Assembly (NCBI RefSeq): GCF_022846255.1
Contig: NZ_AP025682.1
Length of the DNA stretch: 64,000 bases
Source: Escherichia coli
GTDB lineage: Bacteria > Pseudomonadota > Gammaproteobacteria > Enterobacterales > Enterobacteriaceae
Reading direction: 5' to 3' (one strand)
Below are positions 37,610 through 50,222 of this stretch, in pieces. Position 1 is the stretch's first letter. Every line of letters starts with the position of its first letter. A model generated the notes under the pieces. The model saw nothing but the letters and a program-made list of their open reading frames with translations. It was not told where the DNA came from and made no database searches. Both the position numbers and the translations under genes were made by a program.

Positions 37610-38899
37610 ATGACAACGGACGATCTTACCTTTGACCAACGCCATATCTGGCACCCATACACATCCATGACCTCCCCGCTGCCGGTTTATCCGGTGGCAA
37701 GCGCCGAAGGTTGCGAGCTAATTTTGTCTGACGGCAGACGCCTGGTTGACGGTATGTCGTCCTGGTGGGCGGCGATCCACGGTTACAATCACCCGCAGCT
37801 TAATGCGGCGATGAAGTCGCAAATTGATGCTATGTCGCATGTGATGTTTGGCGGTATCACCCATGCGCCCGCCATTGAGCTGTGCCGCAAATTGGTGGCA
37901 ATGACGCCGCAACCGCTGGAGTGCGTTTTTCTCGCGGACTCCGGCTCCGTAGCGGTAGAAGTGGCGATGAAAATGGCGTTGCAGTACTGGCAGGCCAAAG
38001 GCGAAGCGCGCCAGCGTTTTCTAACCTTCCGCAATGGTTATCATGGCGATACCTTTGGCGCGATGTCGGTGTGCGATCCGGACAACTCAATGCACAGCCT
38101 GTGGAAAGGCTATCTGCCAGAAAACCTGTTTGCTCCCGCCCCGCAAAGCCGCATGGATGGCGAATGGGATGAGCGTGATATGGTGGGCTTTGCCCGCCTG
38201 ATGGCAGCGCATCGTCATGAAATCGCGGCGGTGATCATTGAACCGATTGTCCAGGGCGCAGGCGGGATGCGCATGTACCATCCGGAATGGTTAAAACGAA
38301 TCCGCAAAATGTGCGATCGCGAAGGTATCTTGCTGATTGCCGACGAGATCGCTACCGGATTTGGTCGTACCGGCAAACTGTTTGCCTGTGAACATGCAGA
38401 AATCGCGCCGGATATTTTGTGTCTCGGTAAAGCCTTAACCGGCGGCACAATGACCCTTTCCGCCACGCTCACCACGCGCGAGGTTGCGGAAACCATCAGT
38501 AACGGCGAAGCCGGCTGCTTTATGCATGGGCCAACTTTTATGGGCAATCCGCTGGCCTGCGCAGCAGCAAACGCCAGCCTGGCGATTCTTGAATCTGGCG
38601 ACTGGCAGCATCAGGTGGCGGCTATTGAAGCGCAGCTACGCGAGCAACTTGCCCCCGCCTGTGACGCCGAAATGGTTGCCGATGTGCGCGTACTGGGGGC
38701 AATCGGCGTGGTCGAAACCACTCGTCCGGTGAATATGGCAGCGCTGCAAAAATTCTTTGTCGAACAGGGTGTCTGGATCCGGCCTTTTGGCAAACTGATT
38801 TACCTGATGCCGCCCTATATTATTCTCCCGCAACAGTTGCAGCGTCTGACCGCAGCGGTTAACCGTGCAGTGCAGGATGAAACATTTTTTTGCCAATAA
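37610..38899 (+). CDS. bioA: adenosylmethionine-8-amino-7-oxononanoate aminotransferase
   Basis: ORF track 37499-38899; 429 aa from ATG at 37610 ([20 protein letters not shown]). Confidence 0.96.
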   Translation: MTTDDLTFDQRHIWHPYTSMTSPLPVYPVASAEGCELILSDGRRLVDGMSSWWAAIHGYNHPQLNAAMKSQIDAMSHVMFGGITHAPAIELCRKLVAMTPQPLECVFLADSGSVAVEVAMKMALQYWQAKGEARQRFLTFRNGYHGDTFGAMSVCDPDNSMHSLWKGYLPENLFAPAPQSRMDGEWDERDMVGFARLMAAHRHEIAAVIIEPIVQGAGGMRMYHPEWLKRIRKMCDREGILLIADEIATGFGRTGKLFACEHAEIAPDILCLGKALTGGTMTLSATLTTREVAETISNGEAGCFMHGPTFMGNPLACAAANASLAILESGDWQHQVAAIEAQLREQLAPACDAEMVADVRVLGAIGVVETTRPVNMAALQKFFVEQGVWIRPFGKLIYLMPPYIILPQQLQRLTAAVNRAVQDETFFCQ

Positions 38900-38957
38900 C
38901 GGGAAGTCAGCGTGAGGGTTTCTGGCTACACTTTCTGCAAACTAGAAAGGAGGGTTC

Positions 38958-39434
38958 ATGAAACTCATCAGTAACGATCTGCGCGATGGCGATAAGCTGC
39001 CGCATCGTCATGTCTTTAACGGCATGGGTTACGATGGCGATAATATTTCACCGCATCTGGCGTGGGATGATGTTCCTGCGGGAACGAAAAGTTTTGTTGT
39101 CACCTGCTACGACCCGGATGCGCCAACCGGCTCCGGCTGGTGGCACTGGGTAGTTGTTAATTTACCCGCTGATACCCGCGTATTACCGCAAGGGTTTGGC
39201 TCTGGTATGGTAGCAATGCCAGACGGCGTTTTGCAGACGCGTACCGACTTTGGTAAAACCGGGTACGATGGTGCAGCGCCGCCGAAAGGCGAAACCCATC
39301 GCTACATTTTTACCGTTCACGCGCTGGATGTAGAACGTATTGATGTCGATGAAGGTGCCAGCGGCGCGATGGTCGGGTTTAACGTTCATTTCCACTCTCT
39401 GGCAAGCGCCTCGATTACTGCGATGTTTAGTTAA
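38958..39434 (+). CDS. ybhB: PEBP/RKIP-family (kinase inhibitor-like) protein YbhB
   Basis: 158-aa ORF with PEBP motifs (YDPDAPT..., GxHRY). Confidence 0.92.
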   Translation: MKLISNDLRDGDKLPHRHVFNGMGYDGDNISPHLAWDDVPAGTKSFVVTCYDPDAPTGSGWWHWVVVNLPADTRVLPQGFGSGMVAMPDGVLQTRTDFGKTGYDGAAPPKGETHRYIFTVHALDVERIDVDEGASGAMVGFNVHFHSLASASITAMFS

Positions 39435-39585
39435 TCACTCTGCCAGATGGCGCAATGCCATCTGGTATCACTTAAAGGTATTAAAAACAACTTTTTGTCT
39501 TTTTACCTTCCCGTTTCGCTAAAGTTAGTATAAAAAAGCAGGCTTCAACGGATTCATTTTTCTATTTCATAGCCCGGAGCAACCT

Positions 39586-40869
39586 GTGAACACATTTTCA
39601 GTTTCCCGTCTGGCGCTGGCATTGGCTTTTGGCGTGACGCTGACCGCCTGTAGCTCAACACCGCCCGATCAACGTCCTTCTGATCAAACCGCGCCTGGTA
39701 CCTCTTCTCGCCCGATTCTGTCGGCAAAAGAAGCGCAGAATTTCGATGCTCAACACTATTTTGCATCCCTGACACCAGGTGCGGCAGCGTGGAATCCTTC
39801 CCCGATTACCCTGCCTGCGCAACCTGACTTTGTTGTCGGCCCGGCGGGTACTCAAGGTGTAACGCATACCACGATTCAGGCGGCGGTAGATGCGGCAATT
39901 ATCAAGCGTACCAACAAGCGCCAGTATATTGCCGTGATGCCTGGTGAGTATCAGGGAACGGTATATGTCCCTGCCGCTCCGGGTGGAATTACTCTGTACG
40001 GTACAGGTGAAAAACCGATTGATGTGAAGATTGGGCTTTCCCTTGATGGGGGCATGAGCCCTGCCGACTGGCGTCACGACGTCAACCCGCGCGGCAAATA
40101 TATGCCAGGTAAACCAGCGTGGTATATGTACGATAGCTGCCAGAGCAAACGCAGCGACAGTATCGGCGTTCTCTGCTCTGCGGTCTTCTGGTCACAAAAC
40201 AATGGACTGCAACTGCAAAACCTGACCATCGAAAACACGCTGGGCGATAGCGTAGATGCGGGTAACCATCCGGCGGTGGCACTGCGTACTGATGGTGACC
40301 AGGTACAGATTAACAACGTTAACATTCTCGGTCGTCAGAACACCTTCTTTGTCACCAACAGCGGTGTGCAGAACCGTCTGGAAACGAATCGTCAGCCGCG
40401 TACGCTGGTGACCAACAGCTACATTGAAGGGGATGTGGATATCGTTTCTGGTCGCGGCGCAGTGGTGTTCGATAACACCGAATTCCGCGTGGTGAACTCC
40501 CGTACCCAGCAAGAAGCGTATGTGTTTGCACCGGCTACGCTGTCCAACATTTACTACGGTTTCCTCGCCGTAAACAGCCGTTTCAATGCTTCCGGTGATG
40601 GCGTGGCGCAACTGGGCCGCTCGCTGGATGTTGATGCCAATACCAACGGTCAGGTAGTGATCCGTGATAGCGCCATCAACGAAGGTTTTAACACGGCCAA
40701 ACCGTGGGCCGATGCGGTGATCTCAAATCGTCCGTTTGCGGGTAACACCGGCAGCGTTGATGATAAAGACGAAATACAGCGCAATCTGAATGACACTAAC
40801 TACAACCGCATGTGGGAATACAATAACCGCGGCGTGGGTAGCAAAGTGGTTGCAGAGGCGAAGAAGTAG
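39586..40869 (+). CDS. ybhC: pectinesterase-fold outer-membrane lipoprotein YbhC
   Basis: 427-aa ORF, lipoprotein signal peptide (LTACSS), pectin methylesterase-like motifs. Confidence 0.92.
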   Translation: MNTFSVSRLALALAFGVTLTACSSTPPDQRPSDQTAPGTSSRPILSAKEAQNFDAQHYFASLTPGAAAWNPSPITLPAQPDFVVGPAGTQGVTHTTIQAAVDAAIIKRTNKRQYIAVMPGEYQGTVYVPAAPGGITLYGTGEKPIDVKIGLSLDGGMSPADWRHDVNPRGKYMPGKPAWYMYDSCQSKRSDSIGVLCSAVFWSQNNGLQLQNLTIENTLGDSVDAGNHPAVALRTDGDQVQINNVNILGRQNTFFVTNSGVQNRLETNRQPRTLVTNSYIEGDVDIVSGRGAVVFDNTEFRVVNSRTQQEAYVFAPATLSNIYYGFLAVNSRFNASGDGVAQLGRSLDVDANTNGQVVIRDSAINEGFNTAKPWADAVISNRPFAGNTGSVDDKDEIQRNLNDTNYNRMWEYNNRGVGSKVVAEAKK

Positions 40870-40884
40870 GAGCTGTTAACTATG

Positions 40885-40995
<111 letters not shown>

Positions 40996-41009
40996 TCACA
41001 TGGCGCTTT

Positions 41010-43271
41010 TTACATCTGACGGTTTTTATTGAAGTTAATCAAACTACCCGCCTTGATAATCTCGCGCTCTTCGGCCGTCAGGCTTTCCATATAGAGCGTG
41101 ATTTCCGTTACCGGCGCATCTTCATGGATCACATAACCTTTAAACGTCGTTCCAGGATTATCCAGCGCCGTTTTAATGCCAGGGATGTAAATGTAATCCC
41201 CCACTTCAAACGTTGGTGCTTCCGCCATTTGCAGCGGTAACATCCCCCAGTTGATGACGTTAGAACGGTAGCGTTTAGTCGCGTATTCCTCGGCAATATT
41301 CGCCAGACCGCCAATCACACGCTGGCAGCTCGCCGCCTGCTCACGCGCAGAACCATCGCCTGGTTTCACCGCATAGACCATGCTGCCAATTTCAGTTTGC
41401 AGCGGATCAATATGCTCCTGACCAGCAATCTGCTTAATGCGCGCAAACACCTCTGTCAGCTCGCTGACATTCCCCGCCAGACGCTGATTTTCCAGCTCAG
41501 CAGTCGCTTTACTTCTGCCAACATAACCGGGATCGCGGCGTGACAGGGTAAACTCCGCCAGACCAATCGGATTTGAACGATAAGAAGAGGTTTCACCGGA
41601 AGGAATCAGTTCGTCGGTGGTGGTGACTTCGTCGAGGATCTTCGAGCACACTTTGAGGACGATATTGTCAGTCAGCGCACCCAATTCCGGCCAGTCTTTG
41701 ATGTTCGGTCCGTAGATCAGCGGTTGCTGGGTCGCCCCTTTCACAAAGCCTTGATAGACGCGATTTTTATACGGCGTTACATCGAAGGCGTACTCCGGCA
41801 CGTTGTCCCAGCAATCGAGTTCGCTGGCAGAGGTTAAATAGCCACCGTTTGCCGCAGTCGCAGCGATAGAACGAGCGTCCATCAACGCCACCGCTGACAT
41901 CTGCCCATTAGCTGGCTTAGAGCCTTCGCGGTTCGGGAAGTTACGCGTGGTGTGGCGAATACTCAAACCGTTGTTGATTGGCGTATCGCCCGCGCCAAAG
42001 CATGGGCCGCAGAACGCGGTTCTGATGATTGCGCCTGCGCCAATCAAATCTGCTACCACACCTTTTTTGGCGAGATCCATAAACACCGGCTGTGATGACG
42101 GGTAAACCGCCAACGAGAAGGTATCGTTGCCGCAGGATTGACCGCGCAGCGCATTCGCCGCCGCGATGACGTTTTCGTAGTTACCGCCAGAACAGCCCGC
42201 GATAATCCCCTGCTGCACTTTCAGGCGACCATTTTCCACTTTATCCAGCAGCGAGAGTTTGGCTTTACCGTGCGCCACGCGTTCGGACTCAATTTCAATC
42301 TCACGCAGAATGTCGGTCAGATTCTGGTTCAGCGTGTCGATTTCATACACGTTGCTCGGGTGGAATGGCAGCGCAATCATTGGTTTGATGGCGCTTAAAT
42401 CAACACTGATGCAGCCATCGTAGTACGCCATTGGTTGAGGGTTAAGTTGGCAGTAATCCTGGCCGCGACCGTGCAGCGCCAGCCAGTTATGGACTTCTTC
42501 ATCGGTTTGCCAGACAGAACTTAAACAGGTCGTTTCAGTGGTCATCACGTCAACGCTGTTGCGGAAATCGGTAGAGAGCGCTGCAACACCGGGACCTACG
42601 AACTCCATCACTTTGTTTTTGACGTAACCGTTTTTGAACACGGCACCGATGATAGCCAGCGCCACATCCTGCGGCCCCACATACGGCGCAGGTTTTCCGG
42701 TCAGATGCACCGCAACCACGCCCGGATAGTCGATATCCCAGGTGTCATTAAGCAGTTGTTTTACCAGCTCGCCGCCGCCCTCACCGACTGCCATTGTCCC
42801 TAATGCGCCGTAACGGGTGTGGCTGTCTGATCCGAGGATCATTTTGCCGCCGCCAGCCATCATTTCACGCATATATTGATGGATGACCGCAATATGCGGT
42901 GGCACAAAAATACCGCCATAACGCTGGGCCGCCGATAAACCAAAAATATGGTCATCACCGTTAATGGTGCCGCCGACGGCGCAGAGTGAGTTATGGCAGT
43001 TGGTCAGCACATACGGCAGCGGGAAACGTTCCATACCGGACGCTTTAGCGGTCTGTACAATACCAACAAAGGTAATATCGTGAGAGGCTAATGAATCAAA
43101 CTTAATTTTAAGTTTATCCATATTACCAGACGTATTATGAGAAGAGAGAATAGACCAGGCAATAGTGCCTTTTTTTGCTTCTTCTTTTTTTATTTCGCCG
43201 GTGAAATGTTCTTCGGCAATTATTTCGTTATTGCTGGCGAGAAACACGCCTTTTTCAGATAACTTGATCAT
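41010..43271 (-). CDS. ybhJ: aconitase-family [4Fe-4S] hydratase YbhJ
   Basis: ORF track 41010-43295; 753 aa from MIKLSEKG; aconitase motifs (SDSHT, AGCSGG, CGPCFG cysteine ligands), C-terminal swivel-like domain. Confidence 0.9.
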   Translation of the reverse strand: MIKLSEKGVFLASNNEIIAEEHFTGEIKKEEAKKGTIAWSILSSHNTSGNMDKLKIKFDSLASHDITFVGIVQTAKASGMERFPLPYVLTNCHNSLCAVGGTINGDDHIFGLSAAQRYGGIFVPPHIAVIHQYMREMMAGGGKMILGSDSHTRYGALGTMAVGEGGGELVKQLLNDTWDIDYPGVVAVHLTGKPAPYVGPQDVALAIIGAVFKNGYVKNKVMEFVGPGVAALSTDFRNSVDVMTTETTCLSSVWQTDEEVHNWLALHGRGQDYCQLNPQPMAYYDGCISVDLSAIKPMIALPFHPSNVYEIDTLNQNLTDILREIEIESERVAHGKAKLSLLDKVENGRLKVQQGIIAGCSGGNYENVIAAANALRGQSCGNDTFSLAVYPSSQPVFMDLAKKGVVADLIGAGAIIRTAFCGPCFGAGDTPINNGLSIRHTTRNFPNREGSKPANGQMSAVALMDARSIAATAANGGYLTSASELDCWDNVPEYAFDVTPYKNRVYQGFVKGATQQPLIYGPNIKDWPELGALTDNIVLKVCSKILDEVTTTDELIPSGETSSYRSNPIGLAEFTLSRRDPGYVGRSKATAELENQRLAGNVSELTEVFARIKQIAGQEHIDPLQTEIGSMVYAVKPGDGSAREQAASCQRVIGGLANIAEEYATKRYRSNVINWGMLPLQMAEAPTFEVGDYIYIPGIKTALDNPGTTFKGYVIHEDAPVTEITLYMESLTAEEREIIKAGSLINFNKNRQM

Positions 43272-43338
43272 CAAATGCTCCAGATATCTGCGCACCGTGA
43301 AGTGCGCAGAAAGATAATAAATGGATATACTCTAAATA

Positions 43339-43448
43339 ATTCGAGTTGCAGGAAGGCGACAAGCGAGTGAATCCCCAGGAGCTTACATAAGTAAGTGACT
43401 GGGGTGAGCGAACGCAGACGCAGCACATGCAACTTGAAGTATGACGAG
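43339..43448. repeat. ERIC / IRU element between ybhJ and ybhI
   Basis: Contains both ERIC halves: gtgaatccccaggagcttacat and aagtaagtgactggggtgagcg, then ...cagcacatgcaacttgaagtatgacgag. Confidence 0.9.
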
Positions 43449-43453
43449 TATAT

Positions 43454-44887
43454 TTACAGCATGTTCCAGCCGATCAGCATATTCCACCACCACACGCCGA
43501 GGGTGATATGCACCAGGAAGGTTAATATCGTCAGTACCGCACCGACCAACCACCAGGATTTAATATCGTTGTAACCCACGCCAAAGATGACCGGACCTGC
43601 CGCGCCGCCATAGTGAGTAACCATGCCGCCATAGGAGTTAGAGAACAACAGTGCCAGCGCGGTTAACATTAACGGTGCGCCGGAGACGTTCGCCAGCATG
43701 GCAAACACAGGTAACATAGCAACGATATAGGCACTACCAGAAGCGAAGAAATAACGCACGATGATGCTGAGGAAAATAATAACGAAGAAAGCAACGTTCC
43801 CGTGACCATCAAATGCCAGGTTATTTTTAAAGACTTCAGCTAACCATTCGAAGAATTTAACTTTCGATAATAAGGAGCTTAAGCCGATAATACCGCCGTA
43901 CCAGATTAAGGTATTCCAGCCGCCTTTATTTTTAACCACGTCTTCCCAGGTAACGATACCCAGCAGCAGCATAGTTGCCATAACAACGATTGCCACGGTG
44001 GATTCATCAACCCCCAGAGACTTACTGAAAATCCAGCCCAGCAGCGCCAGCACAAAGACACCGAGCAGCATTTTTTCGCGGATTTTCATCGGTCCCAGTT
44101 CGGCAAGGCCCGCTTTAGCGATGGTTTTGTTATCCACCTTCTTAATTTCTGGTGGATACATGGTGTAAATCACCAGCGGGGTGACCAGCAGCATAATGAT
44201 GCCCGGCAATCCGGCGGCTAGCGCCCATCCACCCCAGCTAATTTGCAGGTGCAGAATGTCGTTGATCATTTTCAGCGCCAGAATGTTCCCCGCCATTGCG
44301 GTAAAGAACATATAGCTGGTGGTTTTAGTGACCATGTAAATGGACATCATCAGGTAATGTCCAACACGACGCGGACTTTTTTCCGGTTCTGATCCCAAAG
44401 CCACTGCCACGCTGTTGATGATCGGTAACACGATGCCGCCCGCACGCGCGGTGTTAGACGGTGTTGCCGGAGCCAGTACCAGATCGAGAAATACCGTAAC
44501 GTAACCCAGACCCAGGGTAGTGCTACCAATTTTACCAATCAGCAGATAGGCAATACGTTTACCTAAGCCTGTGGTTACAAACGCGGCGCTTAAAGTAAAC
44601 GCAGAAAACACCAGCCAGGTGGTACCGGAAGAGTAACCGCTTAATACGGCGGTGGTTTTAAATTCCCCACCTGATAAGTTACCCACCACGACCATCGATG
44701 CGGCGACGGCAATTAACAGTACGACAGGTTCCGGGAAAGGCTTGATAACCAGCCCCACAATGGCCGCCAGGTAAATACCAAAAAGCACCCACGCCAGTTC
44801 GCTTAATCCTGCCGGAGCTGGCATAAAGCCAATAATACATGGGATCGCTAATATCAGAATTAGCTTCCATAACGATTTTTTATTCAT
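43454..44887 (-). CDS. ybhI: DASS-family anion (di/tricarboxylate-type) transporter YbhI
   Basis: 477-aa polytopic membrane ORF of DASS/SLC13-like architecture. Confidence 0.9.
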   Translation of the reverse strand: MNKKSLWKLILILAIPCIIGFMPAPAGLSELAWVLFGIYLAAIVGLVIKPFPEPVVLLIAVAASMVVVGNLSGGEFKTTAVLSGYSSGTTWLVFSAFTLSAAFVTTGLGKRIAYLLIGKIGSTTLGLGYVTVFLDLVLAPATPSNTARAGGIVLPIINSVAVALGSEPEKSPRRVGHYLMMSIYMVTKTTSYMFFTAMAGNILALKMINDILHLQISWGGWALAAGLPGIIMLLVTPLVIYTMYPPEIKKVDNKTIAKAGLAELGPMKIREKMLLGVFVLALLGWIFSKSLGVDESTVAIVVMATMLLLGIVTWEDVVKNKGGWNTLIWYGGIIGLSSLLSKVKFFEWLAEVFKNNLAFDGHGNVAFFVIIFLSIIVRYFFASGSAYIVAMLPVFAMLANVSGAPLMLTALALLFSNSYGGMVTHYGGAAGPVIFGVGYNDIKSWWLVGAVLTILTFLVHITLGVWWWNMLIGWNML

Positions 44888-44962
44888 TTAATATCCTGTT
44901 CTTTCTGTATGACTCATACAGAATTCCTTTATTGATTGTCATTATCACGACAACAAAATTTT

Positions 44963-46015
44963 TCAGGGAAGATAAACTTCACCGGAAAATATTTTTCTTG
45001 TCGTCCGAATAACAGATGCGCGTAACGTCGTGGCATCCTGACCTTCATTACTTAAATGAACGTCGAGCGCACCACTGGGGTGTTCAATATTGATATTGCC
45101 GTATCCTACAGAAGGGACGATTTGTCGGGTGACGGTACCTTCCAATGCACAACTACTGGAAATAGCAATAGCACCGGTTATCGCCAAAGCGCGATGGCAA
45201 GAATGCGGCATAAAATAACGCACATTAATTGCCCCGCCTTTCTGCGCTGGAGAAATAAGTACAGGTTTAGGGATAACCATATTACTGACATCGCCTAAGC
45301 CCATTGCTTTACCCGCTTGTAGACGGATAGATTCAATGCGGGCTAATAATGCTTTGTCGGCATCCAGCTCTGCCGGTAATTCATAGCCTGTTTTTCCCAG
45401 ATATTCAGCAGGAATAATGACAACTGGCATCGCCATATCGATACAGGTCACCGGGACATCGTCAAAATAATCAATCTGATTATCCGTCGGGAAGACTTTT
45501 CCGGTTTTCGTTCCGGCGGCATTCAGGAAAGTGAGCGCAACCGGTGCGGCAGTACCCGGTACGCCGTCAATTCTGGCGCTACCCTCGTACTCGACAACAC
45601 CATTTGGCGTTTGCACATCAGCTTCGATAAACGTACCCGTATTGACGTTGCGGATACGTACGCGGGTAACTGGCGAAGTCGCTGCAATCAAACCATTTTC
45701 AATGGCGAATGCCCCAACGCCAGACAGCATATTGCCGCAGTTAGGCGTGGTATCGACACGTTGCTCATGGACGATAACTTGAGCAAACAGATAATCGACA
45801 TCTGCACGCGGATCGCTGGAGCGGCTAATAATGGCGACTTTACTGGTCAGCGGATTACCGCCGCCAATACCGTCAATTTCCAGATCGTTACCGGAACCCA
45901 TAATTGCCATCAATATTTTATCGCGCTGCGTTTGATCTTCGGGTAGATGTTCCGCTAACAGGAACGCGCCCCTCGAGGTTCCACCTCGCATCATCACGCA
46001 GGGTATTTTTTTCAT
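44963..46015 (-). CDS. ybhH: PrpF-family isomerase YbhH
   Basis: 350-aa ORF; PrpF/AcnD-accessory family features. Confidence 0.88.
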   Translation of the reverse strand: MKKIPCVMMRGGTSRGAFLLAEHLPEDQTQRDKILMAIMGSGNDLEIDGIGGGNPLTSKVAIISRSSDPRADVDYLFAQVIVHEQRVDTTPNCGNMLSGVGAFAIENGLIAATSPVTRVRIRNVNTGTFIEADVQTPNGVVEYEGSARIDGVPGTAAPVALTFLNAAGTKTGKVFPTDNQIDYFDDVPVTCIDMAMPVVIIPAEYLGKTGYELPAELDADKALLARIESIRLQAGKAMGLGDVSNMVIPKPVLISPAQKGGAINVRYFMPHSCHRALAITGAIAISSSCALEGTVTRQIVPSVGYGNINIEHPSGALDVHLSNEGQDATTLRASVIRTTRKIFSGEVYLP

Positions 46016-46198
46016 AATAATGCCCTCAATTTAAAAACATAACTTATTGCGATATGGTTACATTAAGGGCAAAGCATCTCTAATGACTTTAGCTCAACGA
46101 TTAATAACATTTTTTCATTAATTTAAGTTGGCTAAATGCAGTTAAAATTTTTAACTGCCAGTCACCCAAAATCGTCGCTTCCATTTTCCGGAGTAATA

Positions 46199-47152
46199 AT
46201 GAAGCATGAATTATCAAGTATGAAGGCATTTGTCATACTGGCAGAGTCCAGTTCATTTAACAATGCCGCTAAATTACTCAATATTACGCAACCTGCATTA
46301 ACGCGAAGAATAAAAAAGATGGAGGAAGATTTACATATTCAACTATTTGAGCGTACAACTCGCAAGGTTACGTTAACAAAAGCAGGAAAAAGGTTGCTCC
46401 CGGAGGCGCGGGAATTAATAAAGAAATTCGATGAAACGCTTTTTAATATTCGTGATATGAATGCTTATCATCGTGGTATGGTGACGTTAGCGTGTATTCC
46501 GACCGCAGTATTTTATTTTTTACCGCTGGCAATCGGTAAATTTAATGAGCTGTATCCCAATATTAAAGTGCGGATTCTGGAACAAGGCACGAATAATTGC
46601 ATGGAATCGGTGCTGTGTAACGAATCAGACTTTGGCATAAACATGAACAACGTCACAAATTCATCCATTGATTTTACCCCACTGGTCAACGAGCCGTTCG
46701 TGCTGGCCTGTCGGCGTGACCATCCATTGGCCAAAAAGCAGCTTGTAGAATGGCAGGAGTTAGTGGGTTACAAAATGATTGGCGTACGCTCCTCCAGCGG
46801 CAACCGACTGTTGATAGAACAACAGCTAGCCGACAAGCCCTGGAAGCTGGACTGGTTTTACGAAGTGCGTCATCTTTCGACGTCATTAGGGCTGGTGGAG
46901 GCGGGACTGGGGATTTCGGCGCTTCCTGGTCTGGCAATGCCCCATGCGCCCTATTCTTCGATTATTGGTATCCCGCTGGTGGAACCGGTTATACGTCGGA
47001 CATTGGGGATTATTCGCCGCAAAGATGCCGTGCTTTCTCCGGCAGCTGAACGCTTTTTTGCCTTGCTGATTAATTTGTGGACTGACGATAAAGACAATTT
47101 GTGGACCAATATCGTCGAACGCCAGAGACATGCGTTACAGGAGATAGGTTAA
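46199..47152 (+). CDS. ybhD: LysR-type transcriptional regulator YbhD
   Basis: ORF track 46136-47152; 317 aa from MKHELSSMKAF; N-terminal LysR HTH; divergent from ybhH. Confidence 0.9.
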   Translation: MKHELSSMKAFVILAESSSFNNAAKLLNITQPALTRRIKKMEEDLHIQLFERTTRKVTLTKAGKRLLPEARELIKKFDETLFNIRDMNAYHRGMVTLACIPTAVFYFLPLAIGKFNELYPNIKVRILEQGTNNCMESVLCNESDFGINMNNVTNSSIDFTPLVNEPFVLACRRDHPLAKKQLVEWQELVGYKMIGVRSSSGNRLLIEQQLADKPWKLDWFYEVRHLSTSLGLVEAGLGISALPGLAMPHAPYSSIIGIPLVEPVIRRTLGIIRRKDAVLSPAAERFFALLINLWTDDKDNLWTNIVERQRHALQEIG

Positions 47153-47192
47153 TACACCGGCGCAGAAGAGACTGCGCCAGGTAAATCAGCGG

Positions 47193-48224
<1,032 letters not shown>

Positions 48225-48342
48225 CTAAAATTAGTCGCTTTTGGCGGTGAATGCTGAATTAAAACGCAGAATTTTGTCCGATAGTGGTATCGGTGTACCA
48301 TTCGCGCAGACGAAAATTCTTAACCTTAATCTGGAATACGCC

Positions 48343-49161
48343 ATGACCACACGCGTGATTGCTCTCGACTTAGACGGCACCTTATTGACCCCGAAAAAGA
48401 CCCTGCTTCCTTCATCGATAGAAGCCCTGGCCCGTGCTCGCGAAGCAGGCTACCGATTAATCATCGTCACAGGTCGCCATCACGTCGCTATTCATCCTTT
48501 TTATCAGGCGCTGGCGCTGGATACACCTGCTATTTGCTGTAACGGCACCTATTTGTATGATTATCATGCAAAAACCGTACTAGAAGCGGACCCAATGCCT
48601 GTTAACAAAGCCCTGCAACTCATTGAGATGCTGAATGAACACCACATTCACGGTCTGATGTATGTGGATGATGCGATGGTTTATGAGCACCCGACCGGAC
48701 ATGTCATTCGCACGTCTAACTGGGCGCAAACCCTGCCGCCGGAACAGCGTCCGACTTTCACACAAGTCGCTTCTCTGGCTGAAACGGCGCAACAAGTTAA
48801 CGCCGTATGGAAGTTCGCCCTGACGCACGATGACCTGCCGCAATTGCAGCATTTTGGTAAGCATGTCGAACATGAACTGGGACTGGAGTGTGAATGGTCC
48901 TGGCACGATCAGGTTGATATTGCACGCGGCGGCAACAGCAAAGGTAAACGTTTGACGAAATGGGTTGAGGCGCAAGGCTGGTCGATGGAAAACGTCGTGG
49001 CCTTCGGCGATAACTTCAATGATATTAGTATGCTGGAAGCCGCTGGTACAGGCGTGGCGATGGGCAACGCCGATGACGCAGTAAAAGCACGCGCCAACAT
49101 TGTGATTGGTGATAACACCACCGACAGCATTGCCCAGTTCATTTATAGCCACCTGATTTAA
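48343..49161 (+). CDS. ybhA: HAD-family (Cof-like) pyridoxal phosphate phosphatase YbhA
   Basis: ORF track 48241-49161; 272 aa from MTTRVIALDLDGTLL (HAD motif I). Confidence 0.93.
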   Translation: MTTRVIALDLDGTLLTPKKTLLPSSIEALARAREAGYRLIIVTGRHHVAIHPFYQALALDTPAICCNGTYLYDYHAKTVLEADPMPVNKALQLIEMLNEHHIHGLMYVDDAMVYEHPTGHVIRTSNWAQTLPPEQRPTFTQVASLAETAQQVNAVWKFALTHDDLPQLQHFGKHVEHELGLECEWSWHDQVDIARGGNSKGKRLTKWVEAQGWSMENVVAFGDNFNDISMLEAAGTGVAMGNADDAVKARANIVIGDNTTDSIAQFIYSHLI

Positions 49162-50220
49162 TCAGGCGGTTATCGACACACTTTTAATTTGCGCATACAG
49201 CCACAGGCCAGGTTTGATCGCCAGTTCATCCCTGGCCCACGGGCTGATACGCGCCCACAGCGTTTTACCGCCGACTTCCAGCTCCACTTCCACCTGGCCG
49301 TTGTCGTCATAACTATTAACAACTTTTGCCCGCAATACGTTACGAATGCTGGTTTGCTGTGGCGGTTGTAAAACCAGCGAGACATCGGAAGCCTGAATGC
49401 GGATGCGTAGCGCAGCTTGCAGCGGTTCGTCCAGCTTATTGACCCACAAATGCTGATCGCCCAGCGCCAGCGCGGTCATCGCGTAATGCGGATGATGCTC
49501 AAGTACTGTCACTTTCAGAATGCTACTTTGTTGCTCTTTCGGTAGCCACGGATTCATCACGCTACTACCCCAGACTTCTTCCAGCGCGCCAAAGGCTTTC
49601 ACCTGACCGTTTTCCAGTACCATCACTCTGTCTGCCAGATGGAGGATCTCATCCAGCGAATGGCTGACATACAACATCGGAATGTTGATTTCCCGCGTCA
49701 GACGTTGCAGATAAGGCAACAGTTCGCGTTTACGCGGAATATCCAGTGACGCCAGCGGTTCATCCAGCAACAGCAATTCCGGTGCTGTCAGCAAAGCCCG
49801 ACCAATCGCCACGCGCTGTTTTTCGCCTCCGGACAGGCTGCCTGGTAAACGATCAAGCAACGGTTCAATGCCTAAAAGCGCCACCAGCTTATCGAACTGA
49901 TTGACCATGCTTTTCGCCATGCCGTAGCGCAAATTGCCACGCACTTTGTAATGCGGGAACAGCCGCGCATCCTGAAACACATAGCCTACGCGACGCTTTT
50001 CTGGCGTCAGGCAGATACCTTTATCGGCGTCATTTAGTACCCGACCATTGAGGACAATCTGCCCTTTTTGCGGACGTGTCAGCCCACTGATGGCGTTAAT
50101 CAGCGAGGTTTTTCCGGCACCAGAGACACCAAAAATAGCGGTGATGCCATTGGCGGGCAGCGTTTCATTAATCGTCAGGCAATGATTGCCCAACGTCTGG
50201 GAAAAATTCAGTTCCAGCAT
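49162..50220 (-). CDS. modC: molybdate ABC transporter ATP-binding protein
   Basis: 352-aa ORF, Walker [10 protein letters not shown], signature LSGGEKQR, C-terminal TOBE domain. Confidence 0.96.
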   Translation of the reverse strand: MLELNFSQTLGNHCLTINETLPANGITAIFGVSGAGKTSLINAISGLTRPQKGQIVLNGRVLNDADKGICLTPEKRRVGYVFQDARLFPHYKVRGNLRYGMAKSMVNQFDKLVALLGIEPLLDRLPGSLSGGEKQRVAIGRALLTAPELLLLDEPLASLDIPRKRELLPYLQRLTREINIPMLYVSHSLDEILHLADRVMVLENGQVKAFGALEEVWGSSVMNPWLPKEQQSSILKVTVLEHHPHYAMTALALGDQHLWVNKLDEPLQAALRIRIQASDVSLVLQPPQQTSIRNVLRAKVVNSYDDNGQVEVELEVGGKTLWARISPWARDELAIKPGLWLYAQIKSVSITA

Positions 50221-50222
50221 GA

